Source: Eledone cirrhosa (Eukaryota). From it: a stretch of 64,000 nt of DNA. The notes under the pieces were generated by a model. That model saw only the letters and a list, made by a program, of their open reading frames with translations, ran no database searches and was not told the origin of the DNA. Shown here piece after piece: positions 31,946-45,565 of the stretch (its first letter is position 1; every line of letters begins with the position of its first letter). Position numbers and translations under genes: made by a program. The DNA lies in assembly GCA_964016885.1 (NCBI GenBank), contig OZ024759.1:36828001-36892000 (forward strand), read 5' to 3'.

Positions 31946-32215
31946 AAAAGAAAACGAGCGGAGAGGCGGAGAGGGGGATAGTAGGTCTAGGGAGGATGGG
32001 GTTACGGTTAGGGTTTGTTGAAGTGGTTGTTACAGTCGGTTGTGTTTTGTGTGTGTTTTGTATGATTGTGTGTGCGCTCACAGACAGTGTGCGTTATGTA
32101 TGTATGTGAGAGAGAGTGTGTATGTGAGAGAGAGACAGTGTGTATGTGTATGTATGTGTGTGTGAGAGAGAGAGAGAGGTGCAAGCGTATAAATATATAT
32201 TTATATATATAGGTA

Positions 32216-32246
<31 letters not shown>

Positions 32247-32881
32247 TTACATATGTGTATGTAATTGTATATATATACATATATATATGTGTGTGTGTGC
32301 GTGAATATGCATGTATGTGTGTGTATATATATATTATAATACATATGTCCCTGTTCGTATATACACACTCGTGTGTCATACATTTCATTTATTTTATTAA
32401 ATATACAAATGTATATATTTCTATAAATATTCATTTATAAGAGTGTGTGTGTGTTTGTGTATATGTGTCTGTGTGAGTGTGTGAGTGTGTGTTTGTGTGA
32501 GTGTGTGTGTGAGTGTTTCAATATGATTTCTTCTATATGTGTATAGGTGTGCTTACAAGGGTGTGACTTTGTTCATGTAGGTTTACATGGTGTGGTGGTG
32601 GGGTTGGGGTGTAGTGGTGGTGTGATGGTTGTGGTGGTGGTGGTTGTGATGGTTGTGGTGGTGGTGGTGGTTGTGATGGTTGTGGTGGTGGTGGTGGTGT
32701 AGGTGATGGTTGTGGTGGTGGTGATGGTGGCGGTGGTTGATGATTGTGGTGGCGGTGGTGATGGTTGTGGTGGCGGTGATGGTTGTGGTGGTTGTAGTGG
32801 TGGTGATGGTTGTGGTGGTTGTAGTATACTGTTGCAATCAGTATTACAGCGTTTTTTATTGTTTGCATGAGCGTATATACG

Positions 32882-32986
<105 letters not shown>

Positions 32987-33189
32987 TCTTTTGAAGCATA
33001 CGTATTTGTGTATTAACTAATGTGTTATTGTTGTTGATTAACCCAATATCGATTCTAATCGATACTCCACTGATCAAGGGAATAGCAAAAGAATCAATTT
33101 AGTGCTCTGAATGGAAATCTAGAGTTCTTGTTGCGTCAGAAAATATGCTCTTACCGTACACGTCCTGATCCATCGAAGTCACATTTTCA

Positions 33190-33315
33190 TTCTGGTGGCA
33201 AAGCATTAGATAACACAGGGTTATAGTAGAAAAAGACTTGTCTAAGGTGCCAGACGGTGGGACTGAAATTAAAGACAAGTGGTTGTGAAGCAAAACCCTG
33301 AAATACACAGCCATA
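33190..33315 (-). mobile_element. tRNA-derived SINE family 2, degenerate
   Basis: GGGTTATAGTAGAA..CTTGTCTAAGGTGCC..GTGGGACTGAA..ACACAGCCA resembles an abundant octopus SINE (from recollection). Confidence 0.6.
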
Positions 33316-33429
33316 TGTATGTTTGTATGTATGTGTGTATGTATGTGTGTATGTATTGTGTGTATGTATTGTGTGCGTGTGTGTGTATGTATGTATGTAT
33401 TATGTGTATGTGACTCTTAAGAGCTCCTT

Positions 33430-33990
33430 TGCTCTTTGACAGGTTTTGTTTTTAGACCTGCAGGATGTCCAAATCCACCCTCCTCACCAAGAAACCTTGG
33501 TGGGGTTGCCAGTTTAGTCGCCAACGACCCGACCATGAGACAGGTTGTACTGGGATACATGTTACCAGTAGCACCAACTGGTGACCTGACATCATCACCG
33601 GGAGAGATGACCCCTTAGCCTTTGTCAAGGCAGAATTCTAGGAGAAGGAAAACTCTGATATAACACCTGCAACCCTGATGGTATCCAATGATGTTGATTT
33701 GTTCTTCTTTTTAGTAAATATCATCTTGGTTAAGAGAGTGGGACTGGCTTTGTGCAGTGCCTTTGCTCACTACAAAAGCTTCACGGCACAGGCATTGCTT
33801 TATATCTGGAGATCTCTCTACACTTGTCGTCACATGGTACCATGGGCCCAGCACTGTGTGTCAATAATTGTCACAAGTGTAGTGTTTGTACCAGAGTTTT
33901 CAAGTCGCTGGCTGGACTAAAAAGTTACACTCGTTCAGTGCATCGGTAGGGGTTCTCCTACATGGATATAAAGTAGTGGCCGTACTCGAA
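33430..33990 (+). mobile_element. RTE-like LINE fragments (5'UTR-like piece and C-terminal zinc-finger piece)
   Basis: CTAGGAGAAGGAAAACTCTGA, an RTE 5'UTR-like motif (~33638); [22 protein letters not shown], a degenerate C2H2. Confidence 0.5.
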
Positions 33991-34171
33991 AACGAGTTGG
34001 CAGCCACCATGTATGTATGAATGTGTGTACGTGTGCATGTATAGAGGCAGAGCTGTATCTGTCTGCATTCATGCAATATGCAACTATGAGTGTATACATA
34101 GGTGTATATATGTGCGTGTATATGCACGTATTTATATGTATATATATATATATGTGTGTATGTGTGTGTTA

Positions 34172-34206
<35 letters not shown>

Positions 34207-34377
34207 TATATATATATATTATCTGTATATATGAATATATATGAATATATATGAATATATATATATATATGATTGTATGTATGAACATATATATATACTT
34301 ATGTATGCATGTATGCTTGTGTGTATGTATGAATATATATATATACATATATATGTATATATATATGTATATATGTA

Positions 34378-34419
<42 letters not shown>

Positions 34420-34759
34420 TGTGTGTATATATATATATATGTATGTATATATATATATATGTATGTATGTGTGTATGTATGTATACATGTTTGTATGTCC
34501 GTATGTATGTATGAATATATGTATCTGCCTATGTATTTCTGTGTGTATATAAGTGTGTGTATGAGTGTGTTAGTGTGTATATGTCCTGCTCCAGAATTTG
34601 ATCTGTCTGACGTCTGTTGTGTTCATGGCACCACAGAAATGAACTGAAAGAAATGGCGGGCAACACTAAAAATAATGTTGCCATGTCTTACCAGGATAAA
34701 TGATCTCTATTCCAATATGAATTCCTCGTATTACTTACCACAAATAACTTCAACAACGA

Positions 34760-34960
34760 TAACAACAATAATTACAATAACAACGACTAGAACTACAACA
34801 ATAATTACAATAACAACGACTAGAACTACAACAATAATTACAATAACAACGACTAGAACTACAACAATAATTACAATAACAACGGCTACAACTACAACAA
34901 CAACATCAACAACAACATCAATTACAATAACAACGGCCAGAACTACAACAACAATCGCAA
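34760..34960. repeat. 33-bp tandem repeat
   Basis: ACAACAATAATTACAATAACAACGACTAGAACT x3 plus degenerate copies. Confidence 0.85.
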
Positions 34961-34962
34961 TA

Positions 34963-35410
34963 ATTGTTTCTGCATTTGGCACAAGGCCAGCAAATTTACA
35001 CCAGTGCATTACTGGTACTTTATTTTATCGACCCCGTAAGGTTGAAAGGCAAAGCTAACCTCGAAGAGATTAACTTTCATCCTTACAGGGTCGATAAAAT
35101 AAAGTACCAGTAATACACTGGTGTAAATTGCTGGCCTTGTGCCAAATGTAGAAACATTTATTAACATCATCATCATCATGGCCATTTATTACTTATCTAT
35201 TATTGTTATTTATATCATCAATGTTGTTCATGACGATGTTAATAATTATTTCTACTTTAGGCACAAGGCCAGCAATTACCCCAGTGTATTACTGGTACTT
35301 TATTTTATCGACCCCGTAAGGTTGAAAGGCAAAGTTAACCTCGGCGGGATTTGAACTCAGAACGCAAAGGGCCATAACTATGCTGGAAAGCATGGCGTCC
35401 GACCCTCTAT
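34963..35410. mobile_element. Head-to-head inverted SINE 3' halves (34963-35157) plus a SINE copy (35240-35410, -)
   Basis: SINE body followed directly by its reverse complement. Confidence 0.85.
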
Positions 35411-35572
35411 GACAAGAATAGGTTGGGAGTGTTGATGGTGGTGGTGGTGGTGGTGGTGGTAGCGGTGGTGGTTGTAGTGGTGGGGGAGCTGATGGCAGTG
35501 GTATTGGTGGTAGAGGGGTTGAAGTAGGAATGGTGGGGAGGTGTAAACTGAATTATGTTTATGAGAAACATG

Positions 35573-35625
<53 letters not shown>

Positions 35626-35708
35626 ATGTGTGTACACACCACAAAAAGTAACCAAAGCGTTTGACAATTAATCACACAAGTGTTATACAATACCTACATG
35701 GGTGTTAA

Positions 35709-35739
<31 letters not shown>

Positions 35740-36487
35740 TTAAATATATATATATATATATATAGAGTATCGCATGTTATATATATATACATACATACAT
35801 ATATATAAGGCAGGGTGCCTTTGTGGCGCTATATCACTGGGTGTATGCATGCTTTTCACCATCTATAAATTAATTTGGATTATTTGGCTTATACACACAC
35901 ACACACATTCATACATACACACATATACACACATGCCCACATATATACACACATGCACACACACATATACACACATGCCCACACATATACACTGATGGAC
36001 GCACATATACACACATGCACACACACATATACACACATGCACACACATATACACACATGCACACACATATACACACATGCACACACACATGCACACACAT
36101 ATACACACATGCACACACACATGCACACACACATACACACATGCACACACATATACACACATGCACACACACATATACACACATGCCCACACATATACAC
36201 ACATGCACACACTTATAGTAAAATTAGGTCTGTGAAATTACTGTAAATTTTGTTATTCTTGTTAATTCTGTTATTATTTTGCTGGGTGTATATTGAACAG
36301 TTTACATATATATTCATATATATTCATATATATTCATATATATACATATATATACATATACCTTTTGTGTATAATTTGCACCTATTTATATATATAAAAA
36401 TTCTTATTTGGCACCTTGTTTATGTGTGTCTAAGTATGCGTGGCTGTACCCGGGTGTGTCTATGTCTCTTCATAATATATATATATA

Positions 36488-36569
36488 TAGTGGTGGAACA
36501 CTGGAAGGTAATATCCGTAGTGGTAGAGCACTCAGTCCAAGGGACGAGTTAGGTAGAAGTGGTTACACA

Positions 36570-36572
<3 letters not shown>
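36488..36572 (-). mobile_element. PLE-like tail fragment; second copy at 43140-43228 (+)
   Basis: ACTTCTACCTAACTCGTCCC.TGGACTGAGTGCTCTAC.ACTACGGATAT is shared; both lie between TA tracts. Confidence 0.65.
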
Positions 36573-36623
<51 letters not shown>

Positions 36624-36627
36624 TATG

Positions 36628-36930
36628 AAGGTTAAACAAGGTTCAATGAATAAATTAAAGAATGAGTTTTCTCACACGCACCCTCTCTATTATATGTATT
36701 ATATGTAGGTTTTTTTCATGTTTCAATATTAAGGTATATAAATATTGAGTTTTGTCATATCTTACTCACTACCATGACTGAATCTTAACCATCTACTATG
36801 TCAGGGTATGTCATGCATCATCTTATTTTATCTGATGAGGACGTACTGTTGAAGTTAGCTCAGTACCTCTGAAATATGTATAATAAAATATACTTGATCA
36901 CAAGAATATCTATTTTGTTAATATTTTGAA

Positions 36931-36935
<5 letters not shown>
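36628..36935 (+). mobile_element. Family A hammerhead element with inverted tail piece
   Basis: HHR at 36824-36890 (CTGATGA 36832, GAAA 36871); 36628-36670 is an inverted tail matching 24000-24042. Confidence 0.8.
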
Positions 36936-36967
<32 letters not shown>

Positions 36968-37089
36968 CAAAAGAGTTAGGACCCCTCTTCTCCTATTACC
37001 CACTCTACTACCCTAATTATCGAGTACTCTGGTGCGTTATGGTCCACCTGGTATCTCTTACCACACCTTCTTTGTTATATATATATAAT

Positions 37090-37700
37090 AAAGACCCTTC
37101 GAAGTAACCCCATTTCGGCGGCTTGTAGTCGCAATAGTATACTTTCAGTCATAACCCAATATTTGTGACCTTAGGTAAGAGTTTCACAAATACCGGAATG
37201 AAAATAGCGAATTTGGCTTTTACATCAACCTCTCTTCTTCTGGTTACTGAATATTGAAGCTGGGACATTATAGTATCAGCTCCTGCAATTCTTGGAATTA
37301 ATTCAGACCCCTGCATTCACTCGTGAGAACGACCCTTAGATCCATGAAGCTGCTTCAGTAGAGCTGCAATCACGTGTAATCTGCACTGTATATATCTTTG
37401 AGTGGATCAGTGTCTCAGGCTTTGCAGCACAGATTCTGACGAGTTAAGTAATACCAAGTCTTCTGCAGATTCCAACCAACTGATACTTCACCCGCCAGGC
37501 GTGATATCACTTCCAACACGATATCACTTCCAACACATATGCGTATATCAATCCTGTTCATGAAGATTATAAACAGGATCTGCGACAGTACACACCCTTG
37601 GCGGATTCCTACACTCACAATGAATGGTTTCAACTTAGTACCATTTATCCAGACACAAATACTACTGCTTTTACATAACGACGAACATTTGTCATATGCT
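37090..37700 (-). pseudogene. RTE-like LINE reverse transcriptase remnant
   Basis: VGIRQGCVLSQILFIIFMNRI (RT motif) and RLQAAEMGLLRR; frameshifted. Confidence 0.75.
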
Positions 37701-37719
37701 TTCCATTATATCATCTAAT

Positions 37720-37950
37720 ATAGGGTGGTGAATTGGCAGTATCGGTAGAGGGTGGGACGCCGTGCTTTGCAGCATAGAGTTACGGCCCTCTATGATCTGA
37801 GTTCAAATCCTGCCGAGGTTAACTTTGCCTTTCATCCTTACAGGGTCGACAAAATAAAGTACCAGTCACGCCCTGGGGTCGATTCCATCGACCCCCCCCC
37901 CCCCCCCGTAAAAAATTGCTGGCCTTGTGCCTATATAAAAAAGCATTATA
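37720..37950 (+). mobile_element. SINE family 1, full length
   Basis: TGGCAGTATCGG A box, GAGTTCAAATCC B box. Confidence 0.9.
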
Positions 37951-37993
37951 TAGTATAATATAAAAGATACACACATACATACATACATATATA

Positions 37994-38267
37994 TACGGGA
38001 GCCTCCCATAAGTCAGCTCCAGAGGAGCACAGAGGAGACTGAGGTTAGCTGGATATGCTCACCGACATTCAGAGTTGACACTGCACTCAGTGCTCCTGTG
38101 GGAGCCCCTGCATGGACACACTGGAAGAGGAAGACCGAGGTTATCAAATGTTGATGCCCTAAGGACAGACACTGGTCCCTTGGAGATGCAGGACATGGCA
38201 GCGATAATGAGGGACAGAGATCGCTGGAGAGAACTCGTCCATAGATCTCGGGAATTTTACCCACCCT
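37994..38267 (+). pseudogene. Second 3' fragment of the RTE/RTEX-like LINE
   Basis: High identity to 14525-14798; same 3' end into (TA)n. Confidence 0.8.
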
Positions 38268-38284
38268 ATATATATATATATATA

Positions 38285-38475
38285 CGTTATTCCGGGTTGA
38301 ATCGGAGGTAACCACAGTAAGTAAGGTACTCAATACATAGCAGAGTATAAAAGTTTTAATATATATGAGATTCTACAGGACTAGAACTGTTTCATTCTTT
38401 AGAAATCATCAGGAATCCCTGATGATTTCTAAAGAATGAAACAGTTCTAGTCCTGTAGAATCTCATCTATATTAA

Positions 38476-38478
<3 letters not shown>
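38285..38478 (-). mobile_element. Family C fold-back hammerhead element (HHR 38367-38419, -)
   Basis: Nearly exact reverse complement of 11451-11635. Confidence 0.88.
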
Positions 38479-38520
<42 letters not shown>

Positions 38521-38526
<6 letters not shown>

Positions 38527-38682
38527 AGATAACTTCCTCAGGAATAGAACTGTCTTATATGCAAGCAATCACCAGGAATGAAACAGTTCTAGTCCTGTAG
38601 AAGTCATTTCTATATTACAATAAAGATATCTATATCCTTCTCCAGTATTGAGTACCTCATTTCACTGCGGTCACCTCCCGAC
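38521..38682 (+). mobile_element. Older, diverged family C fold-back
   Basis: GAAACAGTTCTAGTCCTGTAGAAG plus TTGAGTACC tail; decayed inverted arm. Confidence 0.65.
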
Positions 38683-38877
38683 ATTTTCAAATTTCAAGTC
38701 ACTGAACCGTTCAAATAATCCGTATAATTTACTCACATAGAAAAACACACACACACACACACACACAGGAAAACACCTACACACACATACATATATATGC
38801 ATAGTAACTAGACATGGATAGTATATATCTTTGCAGGGAGACACATACACTCATTCATTCATATATATATATACATT

Positions 38878-38916
<39 letters not shown>

Positions 38917-38917
38917 T

Positions 38918-38965
<48 letters not shown>

Positions 38966-39529
38966 TTGATTGTAGCTATATCAGTAGGTCAAACCTCCAT
39001 TGTATAATCAAAAGAAATCGTCAGTGCAACATAAACAGTGTGGTAATGGTGAGGAGGGGTGTTTGTCTCCGAAATATAGGGGAGGGACAGAAATACGTAG
39101 GCTAGGAGAGGGGGTAAGGGGGTAAATCTATAACAAAACAAAACTAAAGTTAGTTTATTAACTAAAAATATGAACACAAAGAAAACGATTAACTTAACCA
39201 AACAATGAAGCTGAGATAATAGTATATGTATATATATGTGTGTGTGTATATATATATATGTGTGTATATGTATATATATATATTTATATATATATATATA
39301 TATGTGTGCGTGTATGTATATATATATATGTGTGTGTGTGCGTGTATGTATATATATATATGTGTGTGTGTGTGTGTATACATATGTGTGTGTGTGTGTA
39401 TATATATATGTATGTGTGTGTATGCATATATATATATATATGTATGTGTGTATGTATGTATATATCTGGGTGTATGTATATGTATATATATATAAATGTG
39501 TGTATATATGTATATATGTGTACATATAC

Positions 39530-39562
<33 letters not shown>

Positions 39563-41150
39563 CACATATATATATACACACACATATACACATACACACA
39601 CACACTTTCATATATATATATATATAAGTGTGTGTATGTTTATAGAAATTAAAATGAGATGATAATGATTATACAAGTCCAGAGTGGTTTCTGTATTGAC
39701 CCCAGGAGGATGGTAGTCTAAAAGAAGAACCTCAGGGGAAGACCGTGTGGAAATAGAGCCGACCAAACAACGCCCACCTTTTACTGACTCCAGGGTAGAA
39801 GAAGGCGTGGTGGTGGTGGTGGTGGTGTTGATGGTGTTGGTGGTGGTGGTGATGGTGGTGACGGTGATGGTGGTGTTGGTGGTGGTGGTGTTGGTGGTGG
39901 TGGTGTTGATGGTGATGGTGGTGGTGGTGGTGGTGGTGGTGGTGGTGTTGATGGTGGTGGTGGTGTTGATGGTGGTGGTGGTGTTAATGGATGTGATGAT
40001 GGTGGTGGTGTTGATGGTGATGGTGGTGGTGGTATGGTGGTGGTGGTATGGTGGTGGTGGTGGTGGTGTTCATCCACGTCTCTCGTCGACATCACTTGTT
40101 GCAGTCATCTACACTAGACACGCGGCAACACACACATCCACACACATCCACACACACACACACACATCCACACACATCCACACACACATATACACATGCA
40201 CACACATACACACACACACATACACATCCACACACATAGACACACACACATCCACACACACACATCCACACACATCCACATACACACACACACACATACA
40301 CACGCCCACACACATCCACACACATCCACACACACACACACATCCACACACATACACATCCACACACACACATACACATACACACACACACCCGCACACA
40401 TCCACACACATACACACACACACACACATACACACACATACACGCACACACATTCGCACGCACACAAACACAGGATAAATATAATATTATAATACAGGCG
40501 CCATTGCGGACACGTGAATACGAATATATATATATATATATATATAAAATACCTATATGCGTGTATAAATAATACATGCATATATTTATTTTGTTTATAT
40601 CCAATTGAGTTCTTCACGCATGGTTAAAATTATTGAAAGAATTGATTGACCCGCGTGCATATTATTTTATGTTTTGCGATAACCTCCCCTTTCCGCTTTT
40701 TGGCAGTGTGAGATCTCGCATTGTGAGACTGCTGGAATTTCAAATTTGGCGGTCATTCTGGCACGGAGGAGTACCATCGTTGAATATTAATATCGGTAAG
40801 GTTATTTTTTTTATCGATATTTGTCGGGCATTCACTGATAATTTATAAGTGGGTACCTACATATATTCCTATGGACTATGTGTAGGCTTCTACATAACCT
40901 GGACACTATTTTCCTAATTTGTAGAAAACCTATAATGATACGATCGTTTGGAAAGAGAGATGTATTTTAATTATGTCTCATATAAAATAATACAACTGGC
41001 TATCCGCAAAATACGTATAGTTAGCACCCCAAATGTATAATTGGGATTATACTAAGGTATATCCTAATGTTTGTTGAGTGAGACGGAAGCCGGTCGGAGT
41101 ATTGCTTAAAGCTTTCTCTGTTAATGTATTAAATATATATATATATATAT

Positions 41151-41333
41151 CCTGGAGCTTCCAACAGTAATGGTTGCATTTTTTTTTAAGGGTATGTCAA
41201 TATTTATTTATAAAACTGATATATATTGTATTTTGTCTGATGAAAGCATACCATAATTTAACGTGGTGTCCTTGAAATATGTATAATAAAATAAATATGG
41301 TTTTATAAATATAGTTTCCATTTGTTAATATCG
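41151..41333 (+). mobile_element. Family B hammerhead element, single arm (HHR 41229-41293)
   Basis: TATTTTGT-CTGATGA-AAGCATACCA..TGGTGTCCTT-GAAA-TATGTA-TA-ATAAAATA; TA on both sides. Confidence 0.8.
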
Positions 41334-41390
41334 TATATATATATATGTATGTGTATATATATATATACATACATATATATATATATATAT

Positions 41391-41426
<36 letters not shown>

Positions 41427-41554
41427 CTTATATATCTGTAATCTATTGTTAGTTAATCAAAGAGTTGATTTTATCTTGTGGTGTAATGTGGTATCTTTGT
41501 TGGAGTGGTGATGTGGTTGGTGTTTAGGGTTTTGGGTGTGGTCTGTCATATGAC

Positions 41555-41980
41555 CCACATAAACCTTTTTAAAGCAGAACACCCTTCTTCTACTTCTTGA
41601 GAAGGTCGGGGGGGGGGGTCCTCAAATACTCTTTCCAGCGGTTTCTGTCAGAACCAACCGTCTCCAACTGATCTGGCTGGATCCCCAAGCGTGACCAGCC
41701 GAGCCCATAGATGTTATCAAACCATCTTACTCGGGATCTACCTCTGGGTCTCCTGCTGGTTGGTTTTGCACACAAAACCTATCCAGCGATTCTTTCCTGA
41801 AACATTCTAACCACGTGATCATAGTATCGGAGCTGTGATCTCTCAATTCGGAGAAGTAGCGGCTATATCTGGAGTGAGTATCCGATCTCCAAGCCACGCA
41901 CTCTACCGAATAACATTACTCCCTAGTCCCGTCGGGGGAACCATATTTCTGCCGCTCCTATTCACGATCGTATTCCAATA
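41555..41980 (-). pseudogene. 3' remnant of an RTE-like LINE
   Basis: RRPRGRSRVRWFDNI..LGWSRLGI..DRNRWK. Confidence 0.75.
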
Positions 41981-42253
41981 TGGTAAAATATTTCGATAAT
42001 GCATTCGATAGTTAAGTCTATTTAAGGCATAACATTAGAGTTTGTTCTATTATTACTCTTTTAATAGTTTCATTCATTTGACTGTGGCCAAACTGGAGCA
42101 TCTCCTACAATAAGTACTTATTTTATCACTTTGTTTTATTTTTGTCGAACCACTATATATATATAAATATATATATATAGAGGTTCGACTAAAATATTGC
42201 TAAGGAGTTACTTGAAGGAAGCAGAATTCGCACGCACACACACACATACACAT

Positions 42254-42284
<31 letters not shown>

Positions 42285-42286
<2 letters not shown>

Positions 42287-42690
42287 CTAGAGTAAAACAT
42301 GTCCAGAGAATTATTTGATAATATATATACATCATCTCTATTCCCAATCAGCATAATTAACCACCAATTAATTAATTTCCACGTGCTGTTGAAATGTTGG
42401 GTAAATATTCTATAGCGGTTGTGCGCGAAGACACCGCAATGGTATATTTATTTACTATTTCTTCATAGATGCCTTTTATTCTTATAGCCTGGTCTAATTG
42501 ATTTTTTGTGTGATTAATTATGCTTATTGGGAATAGAGATGATGTATATATATTATCAAATAACTCTCTGGATATGTTTTACTCTAGTATTTTGCTCTGA
42601 TTGTTTAATTTATTAATTCGTCTTTCAGCCACAACGTGAAAAGTTACCAAAACACATATATACCTCTGACTTTGTTTAATTGGTGTATGT
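42285..42690 (+). mobile_element. Inverted-repeat island in (TA)n, no clear hammerhead
   Basis: ~77-bp arms 42285-42362 / 42511-42589 with a few mismatches. Confidence 0.65.
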
Positions 42691-42691
42691 G

Positions 42692-42728
<37 letters not shown>

Positions 42729-43073
42729 GAGAGGGGGAACATTAAATGACAAAAGTACCATTAACGAGTTCGTTGGAATGTCAACTTAGATATATAATTA
42801 GATCTTGATATATTTTCAACTCTTAACGAATTAATGTGCCATCATAAAAAACACACTATATGTTCTGCTGTGAATTACTTACACTTTTCTAAGGAGAGTT
42901 TAATGAATGTTTTCCTCGCCAAATATACCAAGGCCTATATAGATATTTCCAAGGTAACATTCCAGCATTGTTTACTTATTTTTAATATTTCAAGTCCTAT
43001 TTAGATTTCTCTGGTAGCTCCATCTAATCTTCCTCTAAGCTTTTGCTCAAAACTTCAAAGCGAACTTTTACAC

Positions 43074-43111
<38 letters not shown>

Positions 43112-43223
43112 CGTGAACATTTGTTTTCGGTATGGTGAACTAACTGTTGTGTTACACTTCTACCTAACTCGTCCCATGGACTGAGTGCTCTACTACTACG
43201 GATATAAACCTCCAGTGTTCTAC

Positions 43224-43257
<34 letters not shown>

Positions 43258-43310
43258 AAATATTTCGTATCTCCAAAGCCGTAGCTATGCAAACACCAGG
43301 GGGGGGGGGG

Positions 43311-43600
43311 CTAACGCCCTCTGGTGATGTCCAGCAGAAGCAAGGGGGACAACCGTCTATGCATTTCAGGATTAACTGGCCTTCGTCAGGACGGTTAGAC
43401 GGTTGTCCCCCTTGCTTCTGCTGGACATCACCAGAGGGCGTTAGTTTCAGAATATCCCGTTAAGGGTGAAAGCAGCGATTCTTTGCTTAAACTTTAATTT
43501 GTTATTTTAATAAATATTTGCTCTACGGTTCTTATATATTTGATATATATTTATCCTTATCGAGCCCTCTTTGGATTTTAGTCTTTACATTTATTATTAT
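43311..43600. mobile_element. Fold-back element family F with minimal hammerhead
   Basis: Perfect 49-bp arms 43311-43359 / 43396-43444 bracket the HHR core. Confidence 0.8.
43351..43396 (-). ncRNA. Minimal type I hammerhead ribozyme motif (PLE-type)
   Basis: rc: AACCGTC-CTGACGA-AGG CCAGTTAAT CCT-GAAA-TGCA-TA-GACGGTT; 7-bp stem I and palindromic TGCA loop. Confidence 0.88.
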
Positions 43601-43604
43601 TACT

Positions 43605-44375
43605 ATATATATATATGTGTATATATATATATATGTGTATATATATATATATGTGTATATATATATATATGTGTATATATATATATGTGTGTATATATAT
43701 ATATGTGTGTATATATATATATATGTGTATATATATATATGTGTGTATATATATATATGTGTGTATATATATATATATGTGTATATATATATATGTGTGT
43801 ATATATATATATGTGTGTATATATATATATATGTGTATATATATATATGTGTATATATATATATATATGTGTATATATATATATATATGTGTATATATAT
43901 ATATGTATATATATATATGTATATGTATATATATATATATGTATGTATATATATATATATGTGTATATATATATATGTATGTATATATATATATATGTGT
44001 ATATATATATATATGTGTATATATATATATATGTGTATATATATATATATGTGTATATATATATATATGTGTATATATATATATATGTGTATATATATAT
44101 ATGTGTATATATATATATGTGTATATATATATATGTGTATATATATATATGTGTATATATATATATGTGTATATATATATATGTGTATATATATATATAT
44201 GTGTATATATATATATATGTGTATATATATATATATGTGTATATATATATATATGTGTATATATATATATATGTGTATATATATGTGTATATGTATATAT
44301 ATATGTGTATATGTATATATATGTGTATATATATATATGTGTATATGTGTGTGTATATATATATATATATATATA
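43605..44375. repeat. (TA)nTGTG compound array
   Basis: Seen directly. Confidence 0.95.
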
Positions 44376-44790
44376 ATAGAAAAAATATTATAAACAAACA
44401 TATTATATAAAATAACATTGAAATCATTTAAAAAATGAACTCATTTTAGCCGAACCACCTGTTTTTAAAGGCGAAACGAAAGAAGTTAACGTACCGCTCC
44501 AATTTCTTTAAGAATCCATATTGGAAAAGATCTTTCCATTTTGAATATATTGGGTTAAGTCTTAACCAGTGTCAGAATGATGTATTAGTGTATCGCTAAC
44601 AGCAGACTCTCTGATCTCCGCATCAAAATCTTGACATTTGTTTAATTAATGCTGATAGTAAAGGTGATAATCGCTTTCTCTTGCTTACCCTGCACCAGCC
44701 ACCACTACCACCACCCTCACACACACACACACACACTCTCTCTCTCTCTCTCTACCCCCTCTCTCTATATCTATCTCTCTCTCTCTCTCA

Positions 44791-44839
<49 letters not shown>

Positions 44840-44909
44840 AATCTTTCAAATTTCTTTCCATTCTATGGACCGGAAAATTCCTTATGGTTAACAATATCAA
44901 CAAAAGAGA

Positions 44910-45565
44910 ATAATTGTTTTTGATTTAGGCACAAGGCCAGCAATTTTTTAGGGAGTGGGAAAGTCGATTAAATTGACCCCAGTATTTTACTGGTATTTTA
45001 TTTTATTGATCCAGTAAGAATAAAAGGCTAAATTAACCTGAGCAGGATTTGAACTCATCACTACTTAATAATTGTTTCTACTTTTGGCACAAGGCCAGAA
45101 ATTAACCAGTGCATTACTGGTACTTTATTTTATCGACCCCGTAAGGATGAAAGGCAAAGTTAACCTCGGCAGGATTTGAACTCAGAATGGCAAGGGCCGT
45201 AACTCTATGCGTCAAAGCATAGCGTCCGACTCTCTACTGATACTGCCAATCCATGGTTTCTGATTTAGATAGGCCAGCAATTACCCCAGTGCATTACTGG
45301 TACTTTATTTTATCGACCCCGTAAGCATGAAAGGCAAAGTTAACCCCGGCAGGATTTGAACTCAGACCGCAAAGGGACGTGACTCTATGCTGCAAAGCAT
45401 AGCATCCGATCCTGGTTTCTGATTTAGGCACAAAGCCAGCGATTTTGATGAAAGGGGAAAGTCGATTAAATGGACTCCAGTACGTTACTGGTACTGTATT
45501 TCATCGACCCAGTAAGGGTGAAAGGTAAAGCTCACCTCAAACGGATTTAAACTCAAAACGTAAAA
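44910..45565 (-). mobile_element. Tandem stack of four SINE family 1 copies
   Basis: GGCCAGC..TTACTGGTA..ATTTGAACTCA repeats at ~44930, 45086, 45272, 45427. Confidence 0.88.

Noticed and set aside
37090-41980. Single RTE LINE split by insertions
   Set aside because: The fragments are in the wrong order on the - strand and both include the AAE motif region, so they are separate copies
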